This document shows, in pieces, positions 8,953 through 18,997 of a DNA stretch of 64,000 bases. The stretch is taken from assembly GCA_028707125.1 (NCBI GenBank), contig JAQTUX010000001.1, positions 77,639 through 141,638 on the forward strand, given 5' to 3'. Numbering within the stretch: the first letter of the stretch is position 1; the number at the start of each line of letters is the position of its first letter. The stretch is from Candidatus Omnitrophota bacterium (GTDB taxonomy: Bacteria > Omnitrophota > Gorgyraeia > Gygaellales > JAQTUX01). The notes below the pieces were generated by a model. The model worked only from the letters and a program-made list of their open reading frames with translations. It was not told the origin of the DNA and did no database searches. Position numbers and translations under genes: made by a program.

Positions 8953-11766
8953 TTAGAAGGCGTGGTTGGCGCCCAACCACAGGCGGGTCTGGTCTTCATC
9001 AGGATCGTCTATTGCCCTGGCCACATCTAATCTTATGCCCAATCTTTCCACAAAACCGGCTATATCTACATAAAACCTGAACCCCAGCCCCAGGTCCTTC
9101 TTGAAATCGCTGTCGTTAAAGCTGGCGAACCAGGCCTTGCCTATGTCAAAAAACGGCACCAGCTGTATTTCATCCAGATGCAGCAGATTATCAAAGCAGT
9201 ATAGCCCGAGGTCGTCCAGCACGGTCGCCCTGTATTCAATGCTTGTAAGCAGCATACGGCTGCCATTTACGGTCTTCCTGTCATAGCCGCGCAGGCCCTC
9301 ATCCCCGCCTAACTGGAACAATCTTTTATCATGCGCCTCTCCCCAGCCCAGCTTCAAGCGGCCCGCGAGTTTTGAGCCGGCTGATACAAAACGGTAAGAA
9401 TCCAATTCCAGGGCGCTTCTCCAAAATGACTCGGTACCGCCTAAGGCATGGACACCGAACTCCTGCGTCGGCGTGAAACTCCATCCGCAAACATGGTCCG
9501 GGTATGGCCCGCGCCTTGCCAGCGTGCCTTCTATCCCGAATATGGTCTCGTCCTTCCTTCTGTAATAAAGATGCTCTGAGTCCTCTGTGCCGCTTAATGT
9601 AGACAGCCCCTCAAACTTCCTGTCCCTTATCATATATACGGTAACGTGGTCGTTTATTTCCCCCAGCCCGTACGGCGCCGGCCATAACTCCCTGCGCAAA
9701 TAGATCTTGCCGCCGGTTAGATCCTCCTCTTTATGATTTGACTCCCAGTTGAAAAATTCAAACCCGGCGGCCAGATGAGAGCCGCCTATATGCTTGAATT
9801 GATAGCCCAGGGTTGATTTTACGGATTCACTGTTAAAATCATAGCCGCTCTTGATATACAGGATGTCGTCCTCGGGTTTTTGTAACGACGCCTTGAACCC
9901 TAAGGCATTAGACAGATCAGGGCCGGCCACAAGATTATATCCGTCGGGCTTCAGGAAAACCGGTATCTCGTAAGCAAAAAAGTAAACCGGCACCGGCTTA
10001 AGGTAGAGCCGGCGCGGCCAGACGTTATTGGTCCTGTCTATATCAAGCATGCTGCCGCCGGGGTCCAGCCGCGCGCTTTCCACATCCTCGGAAAAATCCA
10101 GGATCTGTACCGGGTCTTCGCCGTCCCAGGTGAGCGTCTCTTCTCTGCCGCCGGAAAGGCCTGCCTTGACCTCAACGGGCATTTGTATCCGGCCTTTGCG
10201 CTCAAGCAGGACGCTTTTGCCGCTTACCAAAGATACGGCGTAGTCGCATTGCTTATCGGTCTTCAGCCACTGGTCAAAGAACCAGCCCAGATCCCTTCCT
10301 GACTGCCCCTCGCAGATCTTTATGAAATCATCCACGCCGGCGTTTTTAAATTTAAAATCCCCTGTATAGGCCTGTATCGCCTTGACAAATACTTCATCGC
10401 CCATAAGAGCGCTCAACATTGAGATCACCGCGCTGCCCTTGCCGTAGGTAAGGGCGAAGATGGATGAGGGCTCCTGAAAACTTGAGAGCTTTCCCAGTAT
10501 GGGCCTGTCGTAGCCGTTCTTGACCAGAAAGTTATACCGGGCGATCCTGGAATCCCGGAAGGAAAAATTAGGGATAAGCCATTTGACCGGGTTCGGCAAT
10601 ACCATCACCTGCGCGTCCTTGCCGTATTTCTCCTCGACATACTTAAGCATCCAGTAGGAATTCAGCCCTTCATCAAGAAATGTCTCTTTATATTCATCGG
10701 AGCCGACTACGTTGTAAAACCACTGGTGGCCGGTTTCATGCGAGACAAGAAAATCAAAGTAGCGGATGAGGAAGCCGGGCAATTTATAGGCCCTGGTGTC
10801 TATGAAAACGAGGTTGCTCGATTCGTGGCCGCCGTATCCCAGATAACTCGGGACCACGCTGAATTCCTTATAGGGATAACTGCCGAACAGCTTACCGTAA
10901 AAATCCATTGTATCCCGGGCAAAATCACAGGCGTCCCGCGCGCTTGCCTCATCACCGGGAAGATAAAATGACTTGATCGTTACGCCGTTCTCTTCTCTGG
11001 CATAGACCTTGAAGCTGCGGCTTATTCCTAAAGAGAAATCCCGCACAGGCAGCCCGGTCTCAATAAATAAGCTCTTTGTCCCGTTGCCGTTGTCCTCTTC
11101 CTGAATAAGCTGCCCTGTATGGGCTGCCGTTTCATCCGCGGGAAGGGTCAATTTCACCTTGTATAACGACGCGTCGCTGAAGAACGGCTGATGGTATAGA
11201 TAAAAAGGATAATTATGCCAGCCGTCCTTATCCCTCACCGAAAGTATGGGATACCACCTGTTCAGCGTGGCCACATCCTCATGCCAGCCGAACCTGCCGA
11301 AGCAATGCGGGATATCCACAGTGAAGCCGATCTCGATCTTCACGGAGGAACCGGGGCCAAGCGGCGCGGGCAGACCTACATTAAGTATGGTGGCGTCTTC
11401 CCCTTCAATCTTGTATTCCGCTGTCTTTCCTTCGGCGCTTATTGACTGGATCTGCATGCCGCCCTTATCAAAGCCGCCCGGATAAGGATTGATCTTAAAA
11501 TATCCGGCGTAACGGTAAAGGAAGGCGACCTCCTTCCTGGTATAAGCCCTGTGGGGATAGATGTGAAAGAATATTTCGTTTAAGGGCTCCGCGGTATTGT
11601 TGGTGAAGGTCACGGCCTCTCGCGCGGTTATTTTATGGCCCGCGCTGTCAAAGACAGCGTCTATTTCGTATTCAGGCACAGCAGCAAAGGCGGATCCGCA
11701 CAGGATCAACGTAAATATAAAAACACCTGCGGCTCTTTTCATCTCTTTACCGGACATACATCGCAC
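8953..11766 (-). CDS. Secreted M1-family zinc metallopeptidase fused to a C-terminal Omp85/surface-antigen-type outer-membrane beta-barrel
   Basis: 937 aa. A signal peptide is present (…CGSAFAAVP). The HExxHx18E motif is intact (HETGHQWF…LDEGLNSY). The C-terminal ~300 aa carry Bac_surface_Ag-like motifs (GGDEGLRGYD…) and end in …WLGANHAF, with the terminal aromatic residue typical of such barrels. Confidence 0.65.
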   Translation of the reverse strand: MRCMSGKEMKRAAGVFIFTLILCGSAFAAVPEYEIDAVFDSAGHKITAREAVTFTNNTAEPLNEIFFHIYPHRAYTRKEVAFLYRYAGYFKINPYPGGFDKGGMQIQSISAEGKTAEYKIEGEDATILNVGLPAPLGPGSSVKIEIGFTVDIPHCFGRFGWHEDVATLNRWYPILSVRDKDGWHNYPFYLYHQPFFSDASLYKVKLTLPADETAAHTGQLIQEEDNGNGTKSLFIETGLPVRDFSLGISRSFKVYAREENGVTIKSFYLPGDEASARDACDFARDTMDFYGKLFGSYPYKEFSVVPSYLGYGGHESSNLVFIDTRAYKLPGFLIRYFDFLVSHETGHQWFYNVVGSDEYKETFLDEGLNSYWMLKYVEEKYGKDAQVMVLPNPVKWLIPNFSFRDSRIARYNFLVKNGYDRPILGKLSSFQEPSSIFALTYGKGSAVISMLSALMGDEVFVKAIQAYTGDFKFKNAGVDDFIKICEGQSGRDLGWFFDQWLKTDKQCDYAVSLVSGKSVLLERKGRIQMPVEVKAGLSGGREETLTWDGEDPVQILDFSEDVESARLDPGGSMLDIDRTNNVWPRRLYLKPVPVYFFAYEIPVFLKPDGYNLVAGPDLSNALGFKASLQKPEDDILYIKSGYDFNSESVKSTLGYQFKHIGGSHLAAGFEFFNWESNHKEEDLTGGKIYLRRELWPAPYGLGEINDHVTVYMIRDRKFEGLSTLSGTEDSEHLYYRRKDETIFGIEGTLARRGPYPDHVCGWSFTPTQEFGVHALGGTESFWRSALELDSYRFVSAGSKLAGRLKLGWGEAHDKRLFQLGGDEGLRGYDRKTVNGSRMLLTSIEYRATVLDDLGLYCFDNLLHLDEIQLVPFFDIGKAWFASFNDSDFKKDLGLGFRFYVDIAGFVERLGIRLDVARAIDDPDEDQTRLWLGANHAF

Positions 11767-12374
11767 CTCGGGTTATTTTTCCTGCAATGCTCTTTTGCCA
11801 GGCGCACGATAAGCGCGTGAAACTCCTTAAACAGATCCACATCATGAGGCAGATTATCCATAAATAACCTTTGGACCTCGTCATATTCGGCGCCTTCTTT
11901 TATAAAGCCCTCGCGGGACATAAGCCGTCTGGTGTAGGCATCCACCACGAATACCGGCTTGCGCGCCGCGTAAAGGATAATGGAATCAGCGCTCTCAGGG
12001 CCGATCCCGTTTATAGAAAGCAGTTCCCGGCGCAGAGAAGCGGTATCTTTATCCAGCATCCTGCTTAAAGAACCGGCGTAATTTTTCTTAAGATGCGATA
12101 TAAAATTCTTAAGGCGTTTTGTCTTTATATTAAAATAACCTGCCGGCCTGATGGCCCGCGCCAGCTTACGCCGCGGGGCCGCCTGTAATTTCCTGCAGGA
12201 AAGCAGCCCCTGCCGTTTTAAATTCCCGATCGCCTTCTCTACATTGGACCAGCTTGTGTTCTGGGTTAGCACTACCCCGACCACCACTTCAAGATCGCTG
12301 TCAGCCGGCCACCAGTATTGCGGCCCGAACCTCTTTAACATCCTGCGGTACAAACCGAGCAGCCTGCGCTTCAT
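11739..12374 (-). CDS. HhH-GPD base-excision DNA glycosylase of the endonuclease III-related family
   Basis: 211 aa. It has a helix-hairpin-helix with GPD (INGIGPESAD) and a C-terminal Cys cluster (HCRKNNPRCDVCPV) that fits the [4Fe-4S] cluster loop. Confidence 0.75.
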   Translation of the reverse strand: MKRRLLGLYRRMLKRFGPQYWWPADSDLEVVVGVVLTQNTSWSNVEKAIGNLKRQGLLSCRKLQAAPRRKLARAIRPAGYFNIKTKRLKNFISHLKKNYAGSLSRMLDKDTASLRRELLSINGIGPESADSIILYAARKPVFVVDAYTRRLMSREGFIKEGAEYDEVQRLFMDNLPHDVDLFKEFHALIVRLAKEHCRKNNPRCDVCPVKR

Positions 12375-14302
12375 TCCTGTTCCAGGCGCAGCGGATTAAA
12401 ACCATTAAAGGCAAAGAGCGCGTAAGTCGTGCCTGCCACTGAGCCGGTACGGCTTCCTTTGGGGGTCATCCAGCCATGGCCGGTATCGCTGAATTCCGAA
12501 GTAGCGTAAGGCAGGCATCCGGAGCCCTGGCCGGTGCGGGAATCGCTGGTTATGATCAACTTGGTCAACTCCGTAAGGTAGTCATTGGCAAGCTTGTCGT
12601 AGTATTTGGCCTTCTCCCCGTCGTTTTTATTCTGATAAAACTTGGCCATGATGCGGTAGGAGATTATCATCTGCGCGGTCCACTCCGTGGAGATCACCGG
12701 GCAGCTGCCTACGCGCCTGCTTAAACCAAAATCAAAGCCGTTGACCTCAAGCGTATTTCCGTCGGGGCGCTGGAACGATGTCCTGGCCAGGCATTTTACC
12801 TTGGCGAACTCCAGTATCTGGTCCGGGTCCATTCCCGCCTCAAATAACCGCTGGGGGCCTATTGCCGCGATGGACCAGGCATAGGTATCGGTGGCGATAG
12901 TAGAGTCGCCCTTGCCGCGCTTTACGGGGATCTCGGGCTTGTCGTAGGCGTGGTTTTTCAGCCATTTAAAGACCTGCTCACCGGATACATTATATCGCTC
13001 ATTGCCGGTAATTTTATACAGCATGCGCAGGAAGGCGTACGCGTCAAGATTATGTTCGGTAGCATACCATGTGTACTGCGGCCCGCCCCTCAGGCCGTTG
13101 TCCCGGTCCTCTTTTTGCAGGCCCATAACCCAGTCGGCTATCTCCCCAGCCAGCTTAAGATAGCGCCTGTCTCCGGTCATATTTGTATAATGCGCCGCGG
13201 CAATGCCGACCCAGATGTTCGGGCCGGTATGCACGGCGTACTCCGCCACTTCATAATCATCGGCGTAATAAGCGTTGGCGAATCCGCCGTAAATTTTCTT
13301 TGCCCGCCCGGAATAAAAATCAAGTATCTTCTCAGCCCTCTCATAGTCGCCAAAATAGGTATAGGCAACGGCGATCAATGACTGGTCATAAGTAAATGCC
13401 CAGCCCTCTATGCTCGGGTCTCCCTCAAAGCTGCATACAAGCCCTGTGCGCGGGTTTTGATGGCTGCGCAGCCACTCATACATCTTTTCCAGATTCGCCC
13501 TTTCCAAGACCACCATCTTTTCCGTCATCATCAATAAATCCTCTGTGACGCTGCCCTCTTTATCCTGGACCGCGATCAACTTATTCTGGATATCCGCCTT
13601 CTCTTTTTCAAGCTGCTTTATGATTTGATTAAGTCCGGCTATATCTTCGTCTTTTGGTAAAGACGATCTTTTCATCACCGTATCTAATTTAAATTCCGCG
13701 GTAGCGAGCCTTGATTCAAGCTCCGCCCTTTCCCGCTGGATATCCTTTATCTTCTGCTTGGCAACGGAAGACCTCTGGACGACCTGCACAAGCTCATCAA
13801 CCAGTTTCTTGCTGGTCTGGATCAATTTATAATTAAGGTGGGCGCTTAAGGAAAACGCGGCGATCAGCAGCACTATGCACAGGGCGATCAATCTGGGCAG
13901 CAGCGCCTTAGTATAGGCGAAGCGCATGATATTCCTGCCGCCTTTGGCATCTATATGCTGGTAGGAAAGCCCTATGCTGTAAGTATTTTCTTCGCCGGCG
14001 CCCTCGCCTTCTATCCACGCTATATTGGCAAGCGCGTTAACCTTCTTTCCGGCTATAGGCACATGTATCACCAGCTCCAATTGCACGGCCTTGCCGGAGA
14101 TTATGCCGATAAGACGGGGATTTAGATTATTTACGGCCAGGCACAGGCCGCCTTTGCTGACATTGCTGGTAAATCCCTGCTGCCAGGTAGATAATTCCCT
14201 GCGCGGCCGCTCATCCCTGCCGGGGTCTACCAGCTTAAACTCAACGGGGAATACGCTGTCAAGGCGTATGTAGCGTCTCTGTTCCCTGCCCAGATAAGTC
14301 AT
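12371..14302 (-). CDS. PilZ-domain protein with one transmembrane helix, a coiled-coil and a large extracytoplasmic domain that may adopt an alpha/alpha-toroid glycosidase-like fold
   Basis: 643 aa. The N-terminal PilZ motifs are RRYIR…NVSKGG. A TM helix follows (LIALCIVLLIAAFSLSA), then a coiled-coil of ~100 aa, then a ~400-aa domain rich in aromatic residues (…YTWYATEHNLDAY…). The fold assignment for that last domain is inference only. Confidence 0.5.
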   Translation of the reverse strand: MTYLGREQRRYIRLDSVFPVEFKLVDPGRDERPRRELSTWQQGFTSNVSKGGLCLAVNNLNPRLIGIISGKAVQLELVIHVPIAGKKVNALANIAWIEGEGAGEENTYSIGLSYQHIDAKGGRNIMRFAYTKALLPRLIALCIVLLIAAFSLSAHLNYKLIQTSKKLVDELVQVVQRSSVAKQKIKDIQRERAELESRLATAEFKLDTVMKRSSLPKDEDIAGLNQIIKQLEKEKADIQNKLIAVQDKEGSVTEDLLMMTEKMVVLERANLEKMYEWLRSHQNPRTGLVCSFEGDPSIEGWAFTYDQSLIAVAYTYFGDYERAEKILDFYSGRAKKIYGGFANAYYADDYEVAEYAVHTGPNIWVGIAAAHYTNMTGDRRYLKLAGEIADWVMGLQKEDRDNGLRGGPQYTWYATEHNLDAYAFLRMLYKITGNERYNVSGEQVFKWLKNHAYDKPEIPVKRGKGDSTIATDTYAWSIAAIGPQRLFEAGMDPDQILEFAKVKCLARTSFQRPDGNTLEVNGFDFGLSRRVGSCPVISTEWTAQMIISYRIMAKFYQNKNDGEKAKYYDKLANDYLTELTKLIITSDSRTGQGSGCLPYATSEFSDTGHGWMTPKGSRTGSVAGTTYALFAFNGFNPLRLEQE

Positions 14303-16679
14303 CCTGAACCTTTTCTAAAACCACTCTTTTATTTACCGCCCTTCCCAATTCTTCCAGGAAGGATTTAAACGCGGGGTATTCCGGCTGCGCGATCTCGGTC
14401 TTTTTTACCGTCTGTTTCTGGTAAAAAACTATCCGGCCTTCCTGAAATTCATATTCTACTATAAAATCAAACCATTCGCTATCCTTTCTTAACCCCTGCG
14501 GCAGGTATTTCAACTTCAGGTGAGACGGCAGGTCTATAGTGACCTTCTTCTCTATGGTTTCGGGCACCACCAGATCTATGGGATAAACCCTCCGGCCCTT
14601 CGCGGCTATTGAAGTATCCAATTCGGCCAGAGGCGGCAGCATCTTTATATCCTCCGCGCTTATAAGGAACTCTGGGCCGTTGAAACTATAATTCAATACC
14701 ACCGGCGTGCTCAAGTCGTCGAGATTGTCTATTTTATAATCAATGAGCTGCGCCCCCACGGAAACGGACTGTATCTGCTGCTTGAGGCCCTCTTCTATCA
14801 ACTGCGGCTGGGTATAAATGAACCAGAACCTCTGCATCTGGTCAAACTGCCCGAATGAACTAATCTTTGATTCCACCGCTATGCTCTCATCGGAGTTTAT
14901 CTGTATTGATGTCTCCCTGATCAGGCGGTTGTTATCCGGGCCGAAAAACGGCGTTCTTAATATCTCGTAGCCGTCATCCTTGATCACAAGCACATCCCTG
15001 TTCTGGTCGGCGTCCGGCAGATCACCCAGAGCGCAGGTCTCGCAGGTCGTATCCATGAACAAACTGCTTCCTTCAAATTCCATCACCGCTATGGCGTGGT
15101 TAAAGGTAAGCGTGGGAAAATCCTGATTGAGCGCGGCTGTCCCCTTTGTGCCGATAAGAACGGGGTGGGCCTTGAAACCGGCGGCCTTGAGCATTGTGAT
15201 CAGCAGGACCGCCTTGTCCTTGCAGTCCCCGTACTTATTGGAAAAAACCTCTGCCGCGCTGTGCGGCTCATACCCTGCCTGGCCGTATTCAACGGCTACA
15301 TAACGGACCTTCTGGGCGCAGAAATTGTATACCGCCTTTATCTTTTCATAATCGCTGTCCTTGCCTTGCGTCAGCTCGGCAACCGCCTTTTCAATGGCGC
15401 TGTCCGGCTTCATTTTATCTTCCGCCAATTTCCACCACCAGTTGTAGATCTCATCCCAGGCCCTGAACGTGGAAAGCATTATCGCCGTGTCTATCTCGGA
15501 TACCGGCGGCATGGAATCCTCGGGTATGATCTGGGGGATATCATTAAATAACCAGGCATACCTTTGCTTTCCGTATTCCTCTGTAACGGCCGGCTCAAGT
15601 TTCGCCTCTGTAAAATTATACCTCTCGTTGATCAACTTCGTATTCAATACCCTGCCCGCGGGCAGCGTTACCTCAAATCGCGCCTGCTTGACCGGCTCAA
15701 ACTCCTGCAGCCGGTAATTAGTCATAAAATCGTCGTCGTTAACCAGCTTTCTTAAGAATATCTTTGCCTTATATTCTATTACGCTGCCTTCGCTCACCTC
15801 CGGCATGGAGATTATCTTAACGCGCGCGTTGGAATACAGCGGGAAATTAAGGTACCGCGACACGTCCCTTATGTGCTTATCCCCCACCATAACCACCTTG
15901 CCGTCGTCCCTGATGGTCCTGGCGTATTCTATTTCAACCGATTCGTCGGTGGAGTCGTATCCTATTTCTATTTCGGCGAAATTCTCCCTGCCGCGCTCGT
16001 TCAATATCTTCACCAGGTACCTTTGCTGAAAAACCGCGGTGTTATCTTCAAATATCTCGACGCTCTCATCGCTCAGGAGGATCACCGCCCCCGCCTCAGG
16101 GTATTCTTCGGCCCCGCCGGCGCCGACGATCATATCCCTCGTCTCTTTATCAAGGTCGTCTAAAGTCAGTTCCTGCGTTTCCTTGCTTATATTCTCAAGG
16201 CGCGCCCCGGCCATAGCGGCAAAATTCCCGCTCTGGATCTTCGCGTAGACCTCCTGCGCCTTATTATACAGATTTAACTCCTCGCAGGTAAGCCCGTAGA
16301 AATAAAGGTGTTCGCCTTCATCGGCGGAAAGCCCTAACTTATCAAATACGGCCAGGGCATCCGTAAACCTGGCGCTTCTGAATAAGGAAACCGCCAGTGT
16401 CTTCCTGGCGTTCTTTGATCGTGCCTCTTTAAGCAGGTCTATGGCATTCTCAAAATCTCCGTTGCGGAAATACAGCTCCCCCAGCTCTTCCATGATCGGC
16501 TCATTATCCGCGGAGGCATTAAGCGCTTTCTGATAATAGGCAACGGCAAGAGCGTATGACTCTTTGCTTCCCGAGGCGTATTTACGCGCCAGCTCAAGGT
16601 CATCCCTGAAGGCGCAACTGTTTAAAGCCAACAACAATAAAAATGAAACGCAAATATCTCTAATAATTTTACCTTTCAT
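14259..16679 (-). CDS. Lipoprotein combining TPR repeats, a DUF3857 domain and a transglutaminase-like cysteine-protease domain
   Basis: 806 aa. The lipobox is LALNSC. It has N-terminal TPR-like repeats and a transglutaminase core (YGDCKDKAVLLITMLKAAGFKAHPVLIGT). Confidence 0.7.
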   Translation of the reverse strand: MKGKIIRDICVSFLLLLALNSCAFRDDLELARKYASGSKESYALAVAYYQKALNASADNEPIMEELGELYFRNGDFENAIDLLKEARSKNARKTLAVSLFRSARFTDALAVFDKLGLSADEGEHLYFYGLTCEELNLYNKAQEVYAKIQSGNFAAMAGARLENISKETQELTLDDLDKETRDMIVGAGGAEEYPEAGAVILLSDESVEIFEDNTAVFQQRYLVKILNERGRENFAEIEIGYDSTDESVEIEYARTIRDDGKVVMVGDKHIRDVSRYLNFPLYSNARVKIISMPEVSEGSVIEYKAKIFLRKLVNDDDFMTNYRLQEFEPVKQARFEVTLPAGRVLNTKLINERYNFTEAKLEPAVTEEYGKQRYAWLFNDIPQIIPEDSMPPVSEIDTAIMLSTFRAWDEIYNWWWKLAEDKMKPDSAIEKAVAELTQGKDSDYEKIKAVYNFCAQKVRYVAVEYGQAGYEPHSAAEVFSNKYGDCKDKAVLLITMLKAAGFKAHPVLIGTKGTAALNQDFPTLTFNHAIAVMEFEGSSLFMDTTCETCALGDLPDADQNRDVLVIKDDGYEILRTPFFGPDNNRLIRETSIQINSDESIAVESKISSFGQFDQMQRFWFIYTQPQLIEEGLKQQIQSVSVGAQLIDYKIDNLDDLSTPVVLNYSFNGPEFLISAEDIKMLPPLAELDTSIAAKGRRVYPIDLVVPETIEKKVTIDLPSHLKLKYLPQGLRKDSEWFDFIVEYEFQEGRIVFYQKQTVKKTEIAQPEYPAFKSFLEELGRAVNKRVVLEKVQDDLSGQGTETLHTP

Positions 16680-16757
16680 ATTTGTAATACCCCTTTCTCA
16701 AATGAGGCCCAAACTTACGTCGCTAGGCGCGAAGCGACTGCTCCATAAGTCGTGTCC

Positions 16758-17561
16758 TCACTTATTATACTCCCGCGCAAGCAATTTGTATATTCCATCC
16801 TTCCCCGATCGATTGATCCGCCGATTATTTATCCGCGCGACCGGCATAAGCCCGATAAGCGAATTTGCAATGAATACCTCCCGCGCCTTAAATAGATGAT
16901 CCGGCCGCACATCTTTTTCAATAACCTCTATGCCGCTTCTTTCCGCGGCATCCATGATCACTTTGCGCGTGATCCCGGCGAGGCATCCGCAGGAAAGCGC
17001 GGGTGTGATCAATTTTCCATTTTCTACCAAAAATATATTTGAGCGCGAGCCCTCTGCCACAAGACCCCTGGTATTCAAAAGCAGCGCCTCATCCGCTTCC
17101 ATCTTTTCTGCTTCCTCGCGCGCGAGGGCGTTAATAAGATAATTCAGTGATTTTATCCCGGCTATACCGGATAACTCATTGATCCTGAATCTGGAGATAA
17201 TTACTTTAAATCCTCTGTCGTATTCAGCGCCGGTAGGAGGCGTAAAACTATTTAACGAAATGAGGATATTGCTCCCCTTTACGCCCTTCCAGGCATTTAC
17301 GCGCATACGCGCGGTTTTGAAGTCGGCTTTATTTAGAACGGCATTTATACCCGCGCGCAGATCTTTACCTATATATATGCCTAACGTCCGCGCATTGTTT
17401 CTCAGCCGGCCGATATGCTCCTTCAAAAAAACCGGCTTGCCTTCGCATACCAACAGCGTCTCAAATACCCCGAACCCGTAAAGAAACCCCGGGTCCTGCG
17501 AGTACACCACCGCCTTTTCTCTTGGAACAATCCTACCATTCAAACAGAAAAGCTCTCTCAT
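16758..17561 (-). CDS. pabC: Class IV aminotransferase-fold enzyme, most likely aminodeoxychorismate lyase
   Basis: 267 aa. It has the fold-type IV PLP pattern (…EGSRSNIFLV…) and sits immediately downstream of pabB. The ATG is probably at 17560-17562 by my count, one base off the track. Confidence 0.65.
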   Translation of the reverse strand: MRELFCLNGRIVPREKAVVYSQDPGFLYGFGVFETLLVCEGKPVFLKEHIGRLRNNARTLGIYIGKDLRAGINAVLNKADFKTARMRVNAWKGVKGSNILISLNSFTPPTGAEYDRGFKVIISRFRINELSGIAGIKSLNYLINALAREEAEKMEADEALLLNTRGLVAEGSRSNIFLVENGKLITPALSCGCLAGITRKVIMDAAERSGIEVIEKDVRPDHLFKAREVFIANSLIGLMPVARINNRRINRSGKDGIYKLLAREYNK

Positions 17562-17568
17562 GCATTCC

Positions 17569-17643
17569 CTCTACACACTTACGTGTGTAGTATCAGCTAT
17601 CTATGCTTAGTTTGCCATTCCCCACACGTAAGTGTGGGGTCCA
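17569..17643 (-). repeat. Dual-hairpin intercistronic element, copy 1. It lies between pabB and pabC and supplies the pabC Shine-Dalgarno.
   Basis: Arm 1 is CTACACAC-TTAC-GTGTGTAG at 17572-17591. A 29-nt spacer follows. Arm 2 is CCCCACAC-GTAA-GTGTGGGG at 17621-17640. The two arms are near-inverted copies of each other. The element overlaps the last ~45 nt of the pabB ORF. Confidence 0.8.
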
Positions 17644-18997
17644 CTCCTACTGCCTGCATCATTGCCCGCGCCTTGACCAATGTCTCGTCGTATTCCTTAA
17701 GCGGGTCGGAGTCCGCGACAATGCCGCCTCCGGTATGAAAATACAGATCATCGCCCTTTTTCAAAATAGTGCGTATCAAAATATTCAAATCGGCGCTGCC
17801 CGAGAAACTGAAATACCCCAAAGAGCCGGTATATATCCCGCGTTTATGCGGCTCAAGCTCATCTATTATCTCCATAGAGCGTATTTTAGGGCAGCCGGTG
17901 ATCGAGCCGCCGGGAAATGCCGCTTTTATCAGATCGCTTATGCCCGCGCCCTGTTTTAGCCGGCCGCTTACCACGGCAGTGGTCTGGAAAACCGTCTTAT
18001 ACCGCTCAAGCCGCCTCAGATCATCCACCTTTATCGTGTTATATTCACACACCCTGCCCAGATCATTCCTTTCCAGGTCCACTATCATAAGCAGCTCTGC
18101 CTTATCCTTGGGGCTGATCAATAACTGCCTCCTCAAAGACATATCCTCGCTTCTGTTTGAGCCCCTCGGCCTCGTCCCCTTCATCGGCTGAGTACGCACC
18201 CTGCCCTGATCCACCTTGAGGAACCTCTCCGGAGAAGAGCTGGCTATCTGAAAAGTCCCGCAATCAAGATACGCGCTGAAATTAGACGGGCTGAACCGCC
18301 TTAACCGCTGATAGATATCCGCGGCGCGCGCCCCGCTGCTCACTCTGAATCTCTGCGAGAAATTGACCTGATAAATATCCCCTTCGCTTATGTAGCGCTT
18401 TGCCTGTCTTATCCGCCCGCGGTATTCATCTTTGGTCAGGTTGGACTCAAAGGATGAATTCTTTAACGCGGATCTTTGAAAATCTGATCTGCGCGCGCCT
18501 GCGTTCAACAATCTATTTATTCTTTTAAAGCCCTCTTCTGCTTTTTTCTTCTGTAAGGCCGGGCTTTTCTCGGGGAAGCCGCAGGAAAAAGCAATGACCT
18601 GCCTTTTCGCGTGGTCAAATATGAGGGCGCAGTTATAAAAATAAAGTACGCATTCCGGCAGGCCCAGATCATCCAGCGCCTTACCCTGCCTTATCTTCTC
18701 AAGCCGGAACCCCAGGTCATAGGAAAAATACCCTACCGCTCCGCCCAGGAACGGGGCAATGGGAAGCGGCGGAATTTTATAAACGGCCAAAATACGGCCC
18801 AACTCATCAATGAGCCGCAGGCTGTCCGTCTTCAGCGTGAGCGCCGGCCCAAACCCCATGAAAGAATACCTGCCGTCATAGCCGTAAGGCATGCCGCTTT
18901 CTAAAAAGAAGCTGCCCTCATCTTCGGGCAATGCCTCAAATACGATATGGGGGCTGGCCCATTTGTTAAACGACTTCCAGATGTAATATGCTGTCAA
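17597..18997 (-). CDS. pabB: Aminodeoxychorismate synthase component I (chorismate-binding enzyme)
   Basis: 466 aa. Conserved chorismate-binding C-terminal motifs are present (…RGIYTGSLGYFSFSGSADLNILIRT…PGGSITGCPK…). The C-terminal 15 aa are encoded by the repeat element. Confidence 0.8.
   Translation of the reverse strand: MTAYYIWKSFNKWASPHIVFEALPEDEGSFFLESGMPYGYDGRYSFMGFGPALTLKTDSLRLIDELGRILAVYKIPPLPIAPFLGGAVGYFSYDLGFRLEKIRQGKALDDLGLPECVLYFYNCALIFDHAKRQVIAFSCGFPEKSPALQKKKAEEGFKRINRLLNAGARRSDFQRSALKNSSFESNLTKDEYRGRIRQAKRYISEGDIYQVNFSQRFRVSSGARAADIYQRLRRFSPSNFSAYLDCGTFQIASSSPERFLKVDQGRVRTQPMKGTRPRGSNRSEDMSLRRQLLISPKDKAELLMIVDLERNDLGRVCEYNTIKVDDLRRLERYKTVFQTTAVVSGRLKQGAGISDLIKAAFPGGSITGCPKIRSMEIIDELEPHKRGIYTGSLGYFSFSGSADLNILIRTILKKGDDLYFHTGGGIVADSDPLKEYDETLVKARAMMQAVGVDPTLTCGEWQTKHR

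Noticed and set aside
16680-16757. Short hairpin (GTCGCT-8 nt-AGCGAC) downstream of pabC, considered as a terminator
   Set aside because: No U-tract follows on the transcribed strand and the stem is only 6 bp, which is weak evidence.
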